From assembly GCF_002571385.2 (NCBI RefSeq), contig NW_019217843.1, positions 176,187-240,186 on the forward strand: DNA of 64,000 nucleotides. Direction: 5' to 3'. Origin of the DNA: Stylophora pistillata. Lineage: Eukaryota. The notes beneath the pieces were generated by a model, which saw only the letters and a list, made by a program, of their open reading frames with translations, was not told the DNA's origin and made no database searches. The translations under genes were made by a program, and so were the position numbers. This document shows positions 13,101 through 26,800 of the stretch, one piece after another; the first letter of the stretch is position 1; every line of letters starts with the position of its first letter.

Positions 13101-14306
13101 AAAAGTACAACACCTTTACCAATCCGCGAAAAAAGAAGCCACCATAATTCTAAAGAGTTGTCAATCAAAGCCAGCAAATTACTTTGTTTGTCCAAGAAAT
13201 CCAAATCCTTCTTTTGAGAAAGGATTTCTGGTCACGTCCATCAAACATTTGTTTGCGACACTAAATAAACAGAGATAAGCCAAGCCTCCTACGCTTCACA
13301 GGTTTTGTGAATTATGATTAACATCTGCCCACCTCAAGCGTCAAACAGAAACAGAAAGGTGTCAAACCTGGCGCTATTTTAAGAGTGCTAATGGCTAATG
13401 ATGAACTCTGCCAAATCGATCCCCTTAACTGCAATCAAGAACAATTTTATATGAGAAAATTGTTGAGTAGATCTGGTGATCCTCGTTTTGTAGCGTTTAA
13501 CGGGAATTTGGTATCCGGCAGGGTTCATTTCTACCCTTGACAGACTATTTGTTCATGTTTGATCTCGAAAACTCGAGTAGAGAAGAATGTAAACACCAGT
13601 TCACTATTTACACGCGCGTACAAACATCATTGCCAGTTGTGTGATGTAACTTTCAGGTTTCACTTTGTCATTCAAATAAACTTTTTCAAGAGAAATTCTT
13701 AAAAACCTTTTATAATTACACGGATTTACTGGTTGATCTTAACGACCTTCATCAACTTGCAGATTTCAAGCTGGAAGAAAGATTCGAAACCAACTTTTTT
13801 AACACAGACGTCCGACACATATGTTCTACTGGGGCTCGTAAGGTCAAAAAAGTTTCAGGTGACGGATGATACTTCAGGACAAGAAGGTCCCGCTCTGGAT
13901 CTGAGAAATACTGAGGGGAAGAGATGGGGAAGTTTCCGCTCATCAAAAACATGACTTTAAAATTCTGTTTGGGATCTAGAAAAGATTCAATGAAGGCAAC
14001 ATCAAAGACTTTTTGGTCTTTGACATATTAGGAAGTGACACTGATAACTGAATTAATTTGGCAGATTCTGTAGTTTGTCTTAGTTTTTTTCCGTTCCCGT
14101 GGCCTTTCACACCGGATTTGGGGATCTAATATAACGATTCCTTGCAAGGAAGGGTGGGAAATCCTTTAAACACGTTAGTACAATGTTTTTCGACGTTGGA
14201 CCGCAGACGATCGATTCCCTCTTGACAACAAAAATATTTTTTGGTTGCGTTTGGTGTACCACTGGAGCCGACTTCCCATCAAGCATCTGGCGAACAACCA
14301 AAAATC

Positions 14307-14458
14307 AATAGGCCATATAAAAAAATTGAAACTTGGCTCCGAGGCTTGGGGAACTAAACGAAAGAAATCATAACGAGGTTGAGGGATGAATAAGTAACTT
14401 CTTTTGTTTAATTCCTCCTTGCCATGTTAGAAATTTAGTCTATCAAAAGTGGCCTATT
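14307..14458. mobile_element. Short MITE
   Basis: Terminal inverted repeat AATAGGCCA ... TGGCCTATT, about 150 bp apart. Confidence 0.6.
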
Positions 14459-14478
14459 TTAAGCCATTCTGCAGATTT

Positions 14479-14635
14479 AGCTCTGCCGAAGGGCTAATGC
14501 TCGAAACGTCAGCTTAGAAACTCTTTACGGTGGCCAAATTACATTATTAACTCAGTTTATGAAACCAAATTATCTCGTTACACTCCCTCACCGACACACC
14601 ACCACCGTTTCTTTAGAAACTTACCTCTTTTATCA
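14479..14635 (+). mobile_element. Penelope-like element terminal fragment with minimal hammerhead ribozyme motif (copy 1)
   Basis: AGCT-CTGCCGA-A-GGGC-TAAT-GCTC-GAAAC-GTC-AGCT at 14479-14514. Flanked by the 9 bp direct repeat TGCAGATTT (14470-14478 and 14636-14644). Homologous along its length to 63265-63426. Confidence 0.8.
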
Positions 14636-14654
14636 TGCAGATTTCAAATGTTGA

Positions 14655-14686
<32 letters not shown>

Positions 14687-14693
14687 TAATAAT
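14655..14693. repeat. (AAT)n microsatellite
   Basis: Direct read. Confidence 0.9.
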
Positions 14694-14864
14694 GAAAGCA
14701 AGAATAATTGTTTTGAATGTTCAGTTCATGTGGCTTTCGCTCAAAAACACCTTTAATATAAACTCGTAAACATTTTTCAAATATCAAGCTTTAGTGAGGT
14801 GAAGTAATGAAGCCAATTCAACTATGTTATGATAAAATACGACTCAGATTTCATTTGGGCCAGA

Positions 14865-17800
14865 TTAAGACGCTGGGACAGCAACAGCTGCCAGTTCTGT
14901 CTCTTCTTCGTTCTTCTTTTCAGATTTGTGTCCTACAAATAAGTGAAAACAGATGTGAATAAAGCCTGCAAGTCTTCTATACTGAAGAATGAACGAGCTT
15001 AGGGTCTACAGTGACCACACGATAGAAGGCCAAGGATGGGGTGAGGAAGAGGGAGGGGGGAGGGAGTCATATACTGGGGTGAGGAAGGGGGAGGGGGGAG
15101 TGGAGTCATATACTGGGTTAAGGTGGTAGGGTGGGCGACATATTTTAAAAGGCGAAAATGGTTAACGCGGTGGATTCCAGATAAAAAGATTAATGTTCAG
15201 AAAATGTACAAGGTGATTGTGTTTTGTTATTTGGCAAGACCCTTTAATCTCGTAGAACCGCTAACCAACCAAAAGATCGGCGAACTCAGTGTGAGGGAAA
15301 CTGGACGAAAAGTTAGGGTCTAACATTCCAGGGAGGGAAGAGAGAAATAGAAGTACCATTTGTCATAGTCGATTAATGCTATGGAAACCGAGATACGCTC
15401 TGATGGCCACTTGGTTCGTGAGTAACACTTAACGGTCTACCTTTAGTTCAACCGCTATCACAAATATCAAGGAAGCAAAAACACTGCAGTGTTTAATTGT
15501 TTGTGACTGAGTTGACACAGAGGTTTATTTCCCCCTAATTGCAAGGATTACATTCAAACTTTCCGATGTGCGTTTCCCCCTCCGTCGGCACCAGTCACAA
15601 AAACAAATTAAGATCAACAAGAAGGGAGCAAATAGCAAACAAGAAGTTTTTAAATTCTGTTACGCTAGTAATGAAAGCTGTCAGTGAGTCTGAAAAGATC
15701 TCGATGGTGTATTTGCAAAATTAAGAAAGAATTAGGTTCCAGTTCAGCATGAATTGATACTAAATTTGTTCCCCTGCTACGCGTCGTTGAACTTCAGCAC
15801 CCCGAAAAGTCTAAAGTCCTTTGTGCTGATTTAAAAATAACGGCAACGGAAGCGTTAAAGAAGGAAAATAAATTTAGCACTCTACTGTTTCAGTATCAAC
15901 TGATACGACTTTCGAGTGTTGTGCAACTCGAAGCTCTCCCAACTTACTACAGGAGCACGAACGAACACTTGAACCGTACTTCAAGAGATATCTATTTTTG
16001 CAAGTAAAACGCTAAGATCACTTCAGCAGAAGTGACGGCTATAATTACGTTAATCGCGACAAAACTTTGGAACTTTTAAGTCCCGGATCAACACAGACTA
16101 ACCTACTTAAAAGTAAGCTATTATTAAAACTTACTTTCTGGCAAATCTCTCCAAACGTTCACTCACAGCTTTCTCATATTTCCGCGTTCTCTATTTGTTC
16201 ATCAATACCTGAAACTGAAACCATCACAAAGTGTAAAACTGAACAGATTTTGAAGCCGGCCTAATTAAATTACCCTGAACAGGTTAAATTGTGTAGGCAA
16301 CGATCCAAAAAGGATATTAAAAATCTGAAGCCCATTAGCTACTGATAATAGATGTAGATGATGGTATAGGGTCTAAATCTGAAAGACTGCTATAACCGTA
16401 ATATGTTTAAAGATCTATTTTACTTCAGATTATAAAGAAAACCCATGAGAACTTTCCGTTACTCAATTCAGAATTAGTAACATCTTCTATATAACCTGTT
16501 AGTTGAAAATTAAGCAGTAATATCTACAGATGGCTACAGAGAGTTGTCAAAGCTTTCTATAATTGCCGTCTAAATGCATCTAAGTGGATTAGAATTCATT
16601 CCGGAAAGCTAAACACGACAAGCTAAGTGTGCACAGAACGACAAGGACTTAGGGGTCAAATCCTGTTAAAAGTGTAATACAGTTGTATAGTAACCAAATA
16701 TGCGGCAATTGCAGTTAAGTGTCGACATTACAATCCGGAATTGCATTGCTTTTCTCAATTCGCTCCGAGATTAGTATTACAATCTTGTGTCACCCTCTTA
16801 ATCACTCAGAAGGAAAAGCAATAAAACCTCGACTATATTTGCTCGTTGTTTTCGTTTTTTTCACCAGATTTCTATTACCTTCTTAATTTTCTTCTCTATT
16901 ATCTAATTCGCTGTAAGTTGTAACGACTTGGCCTTTGGTTAAACGATCCAAGAAGATTTACTAAATTATATTACACTCCTTGTTTCGTTACTATTGGGGT
17001 AGCCAAGGAGGGTCTCCTTGTTTCGTTACTATTGGGGTAGCCAAGGGGGGTAGAGCATACAACCGCAATGCGGAAAATCTCGACTTCCTTATGGGATTCA
17101 AAGATGCCTCAAGTTATTTTTGACTGAATTACAGGCATTCTTCAATTCTACTAATAAACGTAAAAAGGGGTCCAATATCTAGGGCGTATTACTGCGTACA
17201 ATGGACAAATTCAGTGCATCACTGCAACTCTACACCGTATGTATAACTCCAAAGAGCGCTTTTCGATTGAGCATCGTGAAACCAAAATCAAATTAATGAC
17301 AACAGCCAATCAAAAGAAAGGAAATTGCCATAAATAACCAATGAAAACTCAAATTAGAAACAAGGCAACCGCCTAAAGCGCGGTAAAACGCGGGTAAACC
17401 AAGTCGTGATTGGGTTTAGTTTTGCATCTGATTGGTGGAGAGAGTGGCGCGAGTTTTCTAGACCAATCATAGAGCGAAGTAAAAAAAAAAACACCTGAGC
17501 AGTCCTGGATTACTTTCGACACTCCATTGAAAATTGTTCTATCTTGTTATTACAGTCGGAAGAAGTTTGTGCCCCCCATTCGGTAATTGACTCAAACACA
17601 AGTTCCTTCCACGCTTAATCTTTGGTTTCATGAACCAACACCAAGGTAGAAAAGTTTTCGAGATCGTCAAAACTAGCAATCCGTCGGTGTTAACCTTTTC
17701 CATCCTTTTCCTCTTCCATAACAATTTTCTTTTTATTTCAAGGCCTCGTTCTAGTTAGGCGCGATTTTCAATGACCTGCTCAAAATGCCTCAAAACGCTA

Positions 17801-20800
17801 CAAGGAAACTGCAACTAAGTAATTGCAAACGACTTCTGGGAAACAACAAATAGTGACAATTGTGTTACGTCTATTAATTCTACCTTCTGCGTCCTCAATT
17901 TGTAATAATTGATGTTTGGACGGTGGGTTTCTCAGAAACACAAGGAGAGGGGCAAAAAGAAGATTCAGAATCGCTAATCCATGCAGAAGCCTAAAAGAAC
18001 AAGTGATAAGAGAGAAGCATACTTAATTAAAGAATGAGGTATTCCCGTTTAAAATATTCCGGGTTCTTAGTCATCCCTTCCTTTCTCATTTGCTTGACGA
18101 ACGTAAGTTAACGGCGGTCAACTCCGCCTTAGCCTGGCCCCTAAAGTAGCAAAATGTAGAGTTCGCTGAGAAATTTCAGTACCCTGAGCTCAAAGTTAAC
18201 GGGAAACAATAAACAGTCGCGGCGTGGAGGAAGAAAAAGAATTGTTTGGCACGTAAAATGTAGGCGATAGGCAGTGGGCTATCTATCCCAAGTTAACTCA
18301 CTGGATTAATACAAGAATCGGCAGTTTTCGTGTAGTTTAGCAAAGAATTACGTAACCATGAGTCGTTGTCTGAACAAGAAGCTGCCGGAGAGACGAAATT
18401 GTTCTGCTGTCGCGTGATATTTTGCGAAAATAATCTGACTTTGGAAAGGAGTAGCCTTAAAACGAAAAGAAAAAACCCTTTTCGCACTTTACTCGCTTAA
18501 ATTTTTTCCTCAAAAAAGAGAAGCGAGTTGTTCATGTTATCCACATAATATTACCCCAGAAATGGACGGAAAAGCTAATCAGAACTTTTCTAACAGATCA
18601 CAACTGACCAATCGCAAGTTGATATACAGTTCTTTACTTTGATGATAACTTCTGCTCGGGGCGTTGAACTCTCAGTCCCAGTCACCAGTAACAGTGCTTA
18701 TCGGGACTTTCTACATCCCAACCCGGGCCGAAGATCACACAATACAGCAGAATTTCGTCAGCAAAACTGACATAATTCCATACCATGGAAAACTTCCTTC
18801 AGATACAATTACCCCTCCAAGGAGTGGTCCTGAAAATCCAATTAGCCGTCGATTAGTTCGAGGTTATTACAAAAAAAAAAAAGAAAAGGATAATATTTTA
18901 AAGAAATACATGCTAGAACACCTCGCAAAAGTCAGTTGTTGAAAACTCTGATGTTGGGCCAATAGGAAACTGCAAAAACAGGTAAAAATCATTCAGGATC
19001 TTCACCTTCATAAAATTCAATTTTACTAAGATCCGTATACGAGATAAAATTTATCCTGGACTTCAGTGACTATAAAACGTTAATTCATTCAAATTAATTT
19101 GCATGTTTATTGGTTTAGCCAGGGACTAAGAGTACATACCAAAAGCGAAACCGACTGAGGCTGCAAAATCTTCAATAGCAAATACAGCGCCGTATACAGA
19201 GGCGTGTCTAAAGGAGAGGGAAAATGACACTGCTGAATACTGTCCAAACTCAGTGTGGTGAGTGATAGTGAAACAAAACCATATCAAAAGTTGTTCACAA
19301 AAATTCGTGACTAAAGGAATAAAAGTACAAATCTTTTTAAGGGTCGAAGCTCTTACATATGTCAAATTTGGGTAAAAAATTTATCCAAGATTGGTCTGTT
19401 ACGGTCAGCAAGTTACCCCGGTGAGAAACTTAAAAAAGGCATTGTAAAGGTGCCTCAGAAGATGTGGTGCCTGTGAGGGAAAGCAGAGTTAAAGGTTAAG
19501 GTACCCTTTCCAATGACACTTGACAAAAAGATGTCGCTCAAGTATGGCTTTCGATATCAGTAAACATGTGAGTAGCTGCAGCAAGCACACCAACCTACAA
19601 ACATGGGCCAAACGATTCAAGATAAAAAAAAAAAAAAAGGAACTGGCGTATGAAAACAGTACATAGAAAGTTCTCTCAGAAAACAAGAAAGCGATGTATT
19701 AGAAAAACCTGTCATCCGTTTCTTAAATGAACCCGAACGTGTCAGGGAAGGGGTAGGGAGTAGGGGGGGAGGGTCAGGGAGACATTAGGAGTCCATCTTT
19801 AGAAATCTAAAGCATATCACCATCTCGGTGTATCTACCTGCAGTCGTACAAAAACAAGGATATGAACTCATTATCACTTACCTAATGTCTACTAGGTAGG
19901 CCAAGGTGGCAGCCATGGAAGTATCCACCATTCCTACACACCATCAAGGAATGAGAGGTTTCGTTGACAATTAGTTAACCGTATTATTACAAAAGAGAAC
20001 GATTAGCTCAGTAATTTAGCTATTAGAAGGCACCGGCCCCAGGCGAGGCCACCGCAGTTCTCTTAACTTACATCTTCCAACAAGAGGGTAATAAAGGACT
20101 GTTGAAAATCAAAAAACCATTTTTAAAGGCTCTACTGCTTGACACACGCACACGTACAGAAATCAGAGCATTTTGAAATGACAACTTTTGATTTAGGTCA
20201 CTATCTTAATAGTCTTGAGAGGCTTCATTTAGTTTCATTCAAATCAATCGTCATGCCTGATTCAGTTGCCTTTCACAACTTAGTTATTCTTGAGAATAGA
20301 CCCTCATGAAACCCATTGAACCAAGCTAAAAAATTACAACAAGTGCGCCGAAAATCTTCCTCTAGAGAGGGAGGTTCTAACTGAAGCCACCTAATCACAG
20401 TGGGCTGCATACAATAGTGCTTAGTTACAGAAAAGTGTCTCGCTATGTTCAGGACTGAACGTGTAATATTTTTCCGACTGTCAACAAAGTTGCGTGCCAG
20501 GTTCGAATCACATCACAGTGGGTTACTCTTGAATCACTTGACTGCACACTTAACCTCCATTAGCCAACACTTCACGCCCGTGGTAACTCAAGACAAAATA
20601 TCATACCTCGTGCTCAAAAGCGATAAAAATCTTTCATGAAAACAACGATTAGTTTAATTGACTACAAAAATAACCCACGCTGGAATATTGCTCGAGAACA
20701 GATTCCCTCACGAGTAGGGGCGCCTTTAAATGGCTATACGTCCTTATCTAAATTTGTAGCATGTCGGAAAGATTTTTATCGAAAATTGAAGTCGCTGATA

Positions 20801-23800
20801 AAGTGTAATAAACCGCGCTGAAAAAATGTTTTTCCTTTCTTTCAGATGTAAAAATTGATATCTTTCGGGCAAGATAAGTTTTTATCCAGTCACCTGCAGT
20901 GTTTGAACTTCTGCACAAACTCCCCTCTGAGAAAGGCGGAGCATAGAAAGACGTAAAAAACGTAAAAGAATGAACTAAATTATATCCGGTCTGAACTCAC
21001 CGATACAAAAGCCAAGGGCAAACAGCGGGGCGACAAGGGCAGCTAGGGTCCTCGCAACCGGAACCTGTAAACAGTGTGACAAAAGAAAAAAGAGCTGAAG
21101 AGAAAGAAAACATTGTGTGTTTTTGTTAATTACTTTCCATTCCGCGACTTCATGAAATGATTAATCACTTGAATGTGTTGGCAATCGCATTAGAGGTTGT
21201 CTCTCCGCGGGACACATGGAGTTTCGAAAGCAACGATCCCAGAAACAGGAAACCGCCGCTTATCAATACTACCGCGAAGCATGAAAAGTTTTTGGGAGTG
21301 TTATCAAGCGGATGTTTGATATTTTGCTTTTGCGAAAAGAAATGTGTGGGTCGTAATGACCCAAATTTCTGCTTCTTACTACTTGCTAACGATCTTTCTG
21401 TTTAAGATGAAGGAAGCACAACATTTTCACCTTCCTCTGACTCTACCCATAAGAGACATATGAGCAAGCTCTCCCGTGGGTAAGGGGGGGGAGGGAGGGA
21501 TGGAATCACCCTTCGAGCGAGAGAGCTTGCTCGTTGCACATCGGAGAAATATCATTCGATTTCGGCTCGGAAATTTTGGAAGGTAATTGAACAAAAAAAC
21601 CTCTCGAATTACCCCCTGCCTAGTGTGCTCTTTTTTCCTTTTTATTCAATTGGTCTACAGGTGGTAAAGTTCTGTGGTGTTTTAACTTGCAGGATTGTTT
21701 CTCTAAAGGAAATTTGCGGATCGAGACTCCACGGGATCGGCAAGAGAGAAGTCAGGTGGCCTACCGTATCCATATTTCATTGAAATTTTTCTTACATTTG
21801 TCACTACTCCATTCAAAAAGTTTATAACCAGTACAACATTTAGCTACCCAGTGGTAGCCAAAAGTAGCGACAGAAAAAGGCTAAGGCTGTTAAATGCGAC
21901 AGTACCATGCCTCGGCAACTTTGAACCTTTCAATTGAACTGGGAAGGAAATCCTCACCACAAATAAACTAACAGCTACTAACACAAGACCAATCAGAGAT
22001 GCAAGCCACCTGAAATAGACAACAAAGTAAAAGAGGATCACTCCAGAGTAGGGATAAGACTTGTCCTCGGGGAATTTTAACACAGAATTTTACCACTCAT
22101 CGTCTCTCTGGAGCTCACAGTTTATTCCATTTGAACCCTAAGTGATCTGTCTAAGATGAAACTTGCTAAATGAATGAGGGTGATCTCCACACTGATGACT
22201 CTACTGCACTTAAAGCAGTGGTGAGAACAAAGCTACGAGTTTATTACGAACCAACAAAATGACCAGCTCTCAGTTGGCTTGTTAGCCCAGTTGGTAGAGG
22301 AGGTAAGATCGCAGTGGACCCGGGTTCAACTTCCGTACAGACCTAATTTCTTTTCAGGTTTCATTTTCACAACTGCCTAACTGGTGTTCATTACCTTTAA
22401 GACCAATCTCATTCATTTAACTATCCGCAGTTCAAATATATGATATGCTATGTTCACAACCGTTCACAAAATAAGCTAGTCTCCTCGGGATCGGTATGCT
22501 ACAATCAATAACCAATCGTGTTTGTTTAAATACAGTGTGTAAGGTAGTGAAGTGGACAGAATTTTTTTTTTTTTACATGCTCAGAGTTTGAAAGCCTCTT
22601 TACCTCTATCTTCTCCAAATCTCATTTGGCACCATCACCCCTTGAAATTCTCCCTCTCTCCCTCGTCCCCACACCCGGACATCCTTTAACCCCCACCCCT
22701 TGGGATTCTCTCCCCTTCCTCTCGCCATGATCCGCTCATCATCCAGAGTTCTTTCCTGCTTTCGATTTCCCTAGCGACTTTTTCGGAAATCAAGTTAGGA
22801 CATAAACAAACAACCAAACCATGCACATACACTCAAACATAAAACATCACCTCTACAGACCTGCCTATCACATTGCCCAATTTTCCTAACAGTGGTGTGG
22901 CTATGAGGTATGCCCCAGTTGAAGGTAGGAAGATCACACCTGTTGAATGATAAATAACAATAGTTGTAATGAAGCCAATTAACTTGCATCCATTCCTATA
23001 GCAAATGTTATGGATTTTGGACCCAGCCGAGAAAAGCTGGGTCTTGCACACCAAGTGGAGGCTTACTGGTAAACTTTCAGGGAAAAATAATGTGAAACCA
23101 TACATTTCTTTTCCTTGACAGAATTTTAAAGTTTCATCACAATAACTGGAAAAACTCCTCTGCATAGGAGTGTTGCATTGCATTCAAAGAAAAAAAGTCA
23201 AAGTCAGTCAGATAGCCAGAGAAAGGTAAACATGCTTAGACATGCTAAGCTGTTTTTCTATTTCTCTTCCTTTGGACCTCTTTATATATGCCTGTTAAGC
23301 TGGGTAACAATTTAGAAGGACAAGAATGTCTCTTTTGGGCACTTTTTAATCCCCTCTTTCATAATCCCCCTCTATAACAAGCCTCTCATCTCTTTTAGGC
23401 TCCCAGTCTGCAGGTCCTAGAATATTGAAAGCCCTCCAACCAGGATGTGGGGATGGCTTTTCAAAGTGTTCAATGTACCCCTTTATTCTTACCTATCTGC
23501 CATTCCTTAGCATCCATAGTCTCTAACAGCCATATGGGTAATGTTGGTTCCAGAAGAGCAAATGCCATGTTGCAGAAACAGACAGCACCTATAAACAAGT
23601 ATGTGTCATGACTACTTAAAATCTCCTCAGTCCTTAGATAAGCAGAGATGTTTGCTAAAACGTCTTACATAGTTAACCCTTGGGAAATTTGACCTGGTTT
23701 AGTTCTAGTTCAATTCTCACCCTTTCACTGCCAAGATCTCATAAGTAATTTTCCTTACTGTCTGCCACACGATTGTTATGATGTTAGTTTGGAGAAATTA

Positions 23801-26800
23801 GTCAGTGGCAAGTTCACTCTTTTAAAGCTGGTTAGTGATAATAAAACTACTGATTTTGTTCACCTTAGTTTTCAACCTCTGTGTTCTGAATCACACAATT
23901 CAGAAAATTGGGAATATACTTTTAAACAGGCAAAGAGTAAAACGATGTACACGAAAATTGAAGACAGTAATTAGGTACAATTTGAATAAAGAAAATTTCG
24001 CTTGGCAGACACATGAATTGTCTTACTTTAATTTGTTCTACTGGCAGAAGCAATACACTGCTTTTAGATTCCACATAACGAAATCAACAAGAGGCAGATT
24101 GATCAACTCTCTTGTTGCCAGTTACCGTAGTAATGATAGGACTACCACGCTTATTTCCTCATCTCAGTTCTCAACTTCAGTATTGCTAATCAATCAATTC
24201 AAAACTTAAGGAAGATTGCTGCAATTGGGCGGATAGATGTAAAAACTTCATCCTGACATTTTAATGTTTTCTTAATTAATCAGAGGTTCAGTGTTTAAAA
24301 AATATCCAAGCCTTCTTCAAACTCAAGGTACCAGTAACAAGTTATCTAAAGCTAACTTACCACTGGCAATTAGAATGTAAGGATCTGACAGCAAGTCCTT
24401 GAGGGTGGGTTTTTCTGTCTAAAAATGAACAGCTATAATTATACATTAAATTGATAGCTTAAATAGCAATATTTTCAGCATTTATTTACAGGTGTGTAAT
24501 ATTTTGATATCATACACTAGTATCAGTTGAAATATCAGTATGAAAAGGCTTCAAAATATAGTGAGAGACAGATTTGTATGAAGATACTAAAAATAAAGTC
24601 ATATGCAGAGTAAAATATAGTGAGAGACAGATTTGTATGAAGATACTAAAAATAAAGTCATATGCTGAGTAAAATATAGTGAGAGACAGATTTGTATGAA
24701 GATACTAAAAATAAAGGCTTCAAAATATAGTGAGAGACAGATTTGTAAGTAGATACTAAAAATAAAGTCATATGCAGACCAGTAATGTGCTTGCAAAAAA
24801 ATATACAATATCCAATTTCTTGAAAATAAGATTCTCAGAAAGGTCTGAAGGCTTTGAGTTTGCCTGAGTTTGTCTTCCAACAAAAACAAGAATTCGTATA
24901 CGATTTGAGTATCACTCACACAGGTAAAGTCTATAGCTGCATGAAATTTATTTTTGTGCAATCATGAGTATAATATCCATCACAAGCATTCATTCAACAA
25001 TATCAGGATGTGTAGTATGTGTGGTAAAAGATACTGAGCATTATTTTATCTCTGTGTTGGTGCTCGCACTACAATTGGGCAATCTAGTGGGCCATAAATC
25101 ACTGCAGAGCCCACTAAATTCAAATGACTTTGTTTTGTTTGATTACACCTCTATTTGAACAGAGAGATCTGTTTTCTCCATCCGTACTGTAAGTCACCGA
25201 GCCTTGCTTTTTCCCTTCAGATTTACAGCCCATCTGGGTGAAAACAACTGGGTCTATAACATACAGTGCCAACCTCAAAAACAGTAAGTAAGAGGTGTTT
25301 CATAACAAATACTTCATTATGGATGACAAATTTCACCATAACTTACATATTTTGGCATAACTGGCTTCTGGGCAAAAACCACCAACACTAAGGGGAGAAA
25401 ATAATTAAAGTGAACCAAATATTGCATTTCTACAAAGACCACACTGCTTATTTTTTTTAAAGTCATATTTCCTTGGATCAAAGTCAAGAGTCAACATTGC
25501 TCATGATAAATAGCATACATCTACAATTTAATTAGCAAGATATTGAAGAATAAGTGTCACAGTGGCAAATCAAAATTAATAATGATAGGACTGCACATAT
25601 TATTAGATGAGCATTTTTGACCATGCGTGAGGTCAAGATGGCTGGATATTGGCTAAGTTCTTTTTTGCATTTTTATGGACCAAGATGAAGTTGAGGTCCA
25701 TTAAAACTCAAAAAAGGAACAAGGCTAATAACCAGCCCTCTTGACCACACAAGCTTGGTCAAGAAAGGTTTTATCATATAGCAAAAAGATTTTGCTTTTA
25801 ATTATTAAAAATTAATGACTTGTTTACTTCAGGAGCTGGGAGAGGGACCCCTCTGTGTTTGGAGCACAATAACCCCACCAGAGTCCTTTGTTTTTTTCTT
25901 GATGACTTTGTTCATCACAGTCACTGAAAAAGTAAATTCAGTATATGCTGCTCCACACAATGATTATCTTGCACGGGATCAAAGCAGGCAAACCCGAGCA
26001 GGCAAACCCAAGCAGGCAAACCCGAGCAGGCAAACCCGAGCAGGCAAGATGGGCCTATCTTGCCTGCTTGGGTAGCCAATCAGAACACAGTATTTGCTTC
26101 ACTTTACCCACAGGCACTGCCAGCTGTATAATAAATCTGTTTACCATGCCCTAGTTACAATGAGTGGCAAAAGTCTTAACAGGCTCTACAATGTTTTGAT
26201 ATTTTTTCCGTAACTTGCATTTTGTCTTCCCTGTGTCAATTTTGCCTGATATTACCAACATCGTTTCGGGGTGGAGTGGGGGGTGGAGTGGGAGGTCAAG
26301 TGAGGGGGGGGGGAGGCAGGAAGGAGAGATTTTAAAGTAACTCATAAGAGGTGAATTACAAGCTTTCTGTTCATTGTGTTGAGTGGAGGTCAACCACCGA
26401 CTAAGAGGAGGCATGCAAACCAGTTTTGCCACTCATTGTAGCCAAACAGTAAAATATATATAGAGGTAAATAACATATACTGTATTTACTTGTGCATAGT
26501 CAACCTTTTATGACCAAAAATACAGCCCAAAAAATCACCCTCCACTTAAACACGGGTCATACACAAAGACCTGAGCCAAGCAATCCAAGAAATGAACATA
26601 ACAATTGCCAGAAGTCCATTTGGAAACACGAGTTTAAGAAACCAGTTCTTATTGTGTTTGAGTTGTCAGTTTTCAGTACATTCTTCATCCACAAAAAAGT
26701 TTGAAATAATGAATTTTTAAGTGGCTTAAACACAGCTTTGCTGCTATTTACAGTGCAGAACTTTTGTTTTCACTGAACAATTACAGAAGCTTGGTGACCT

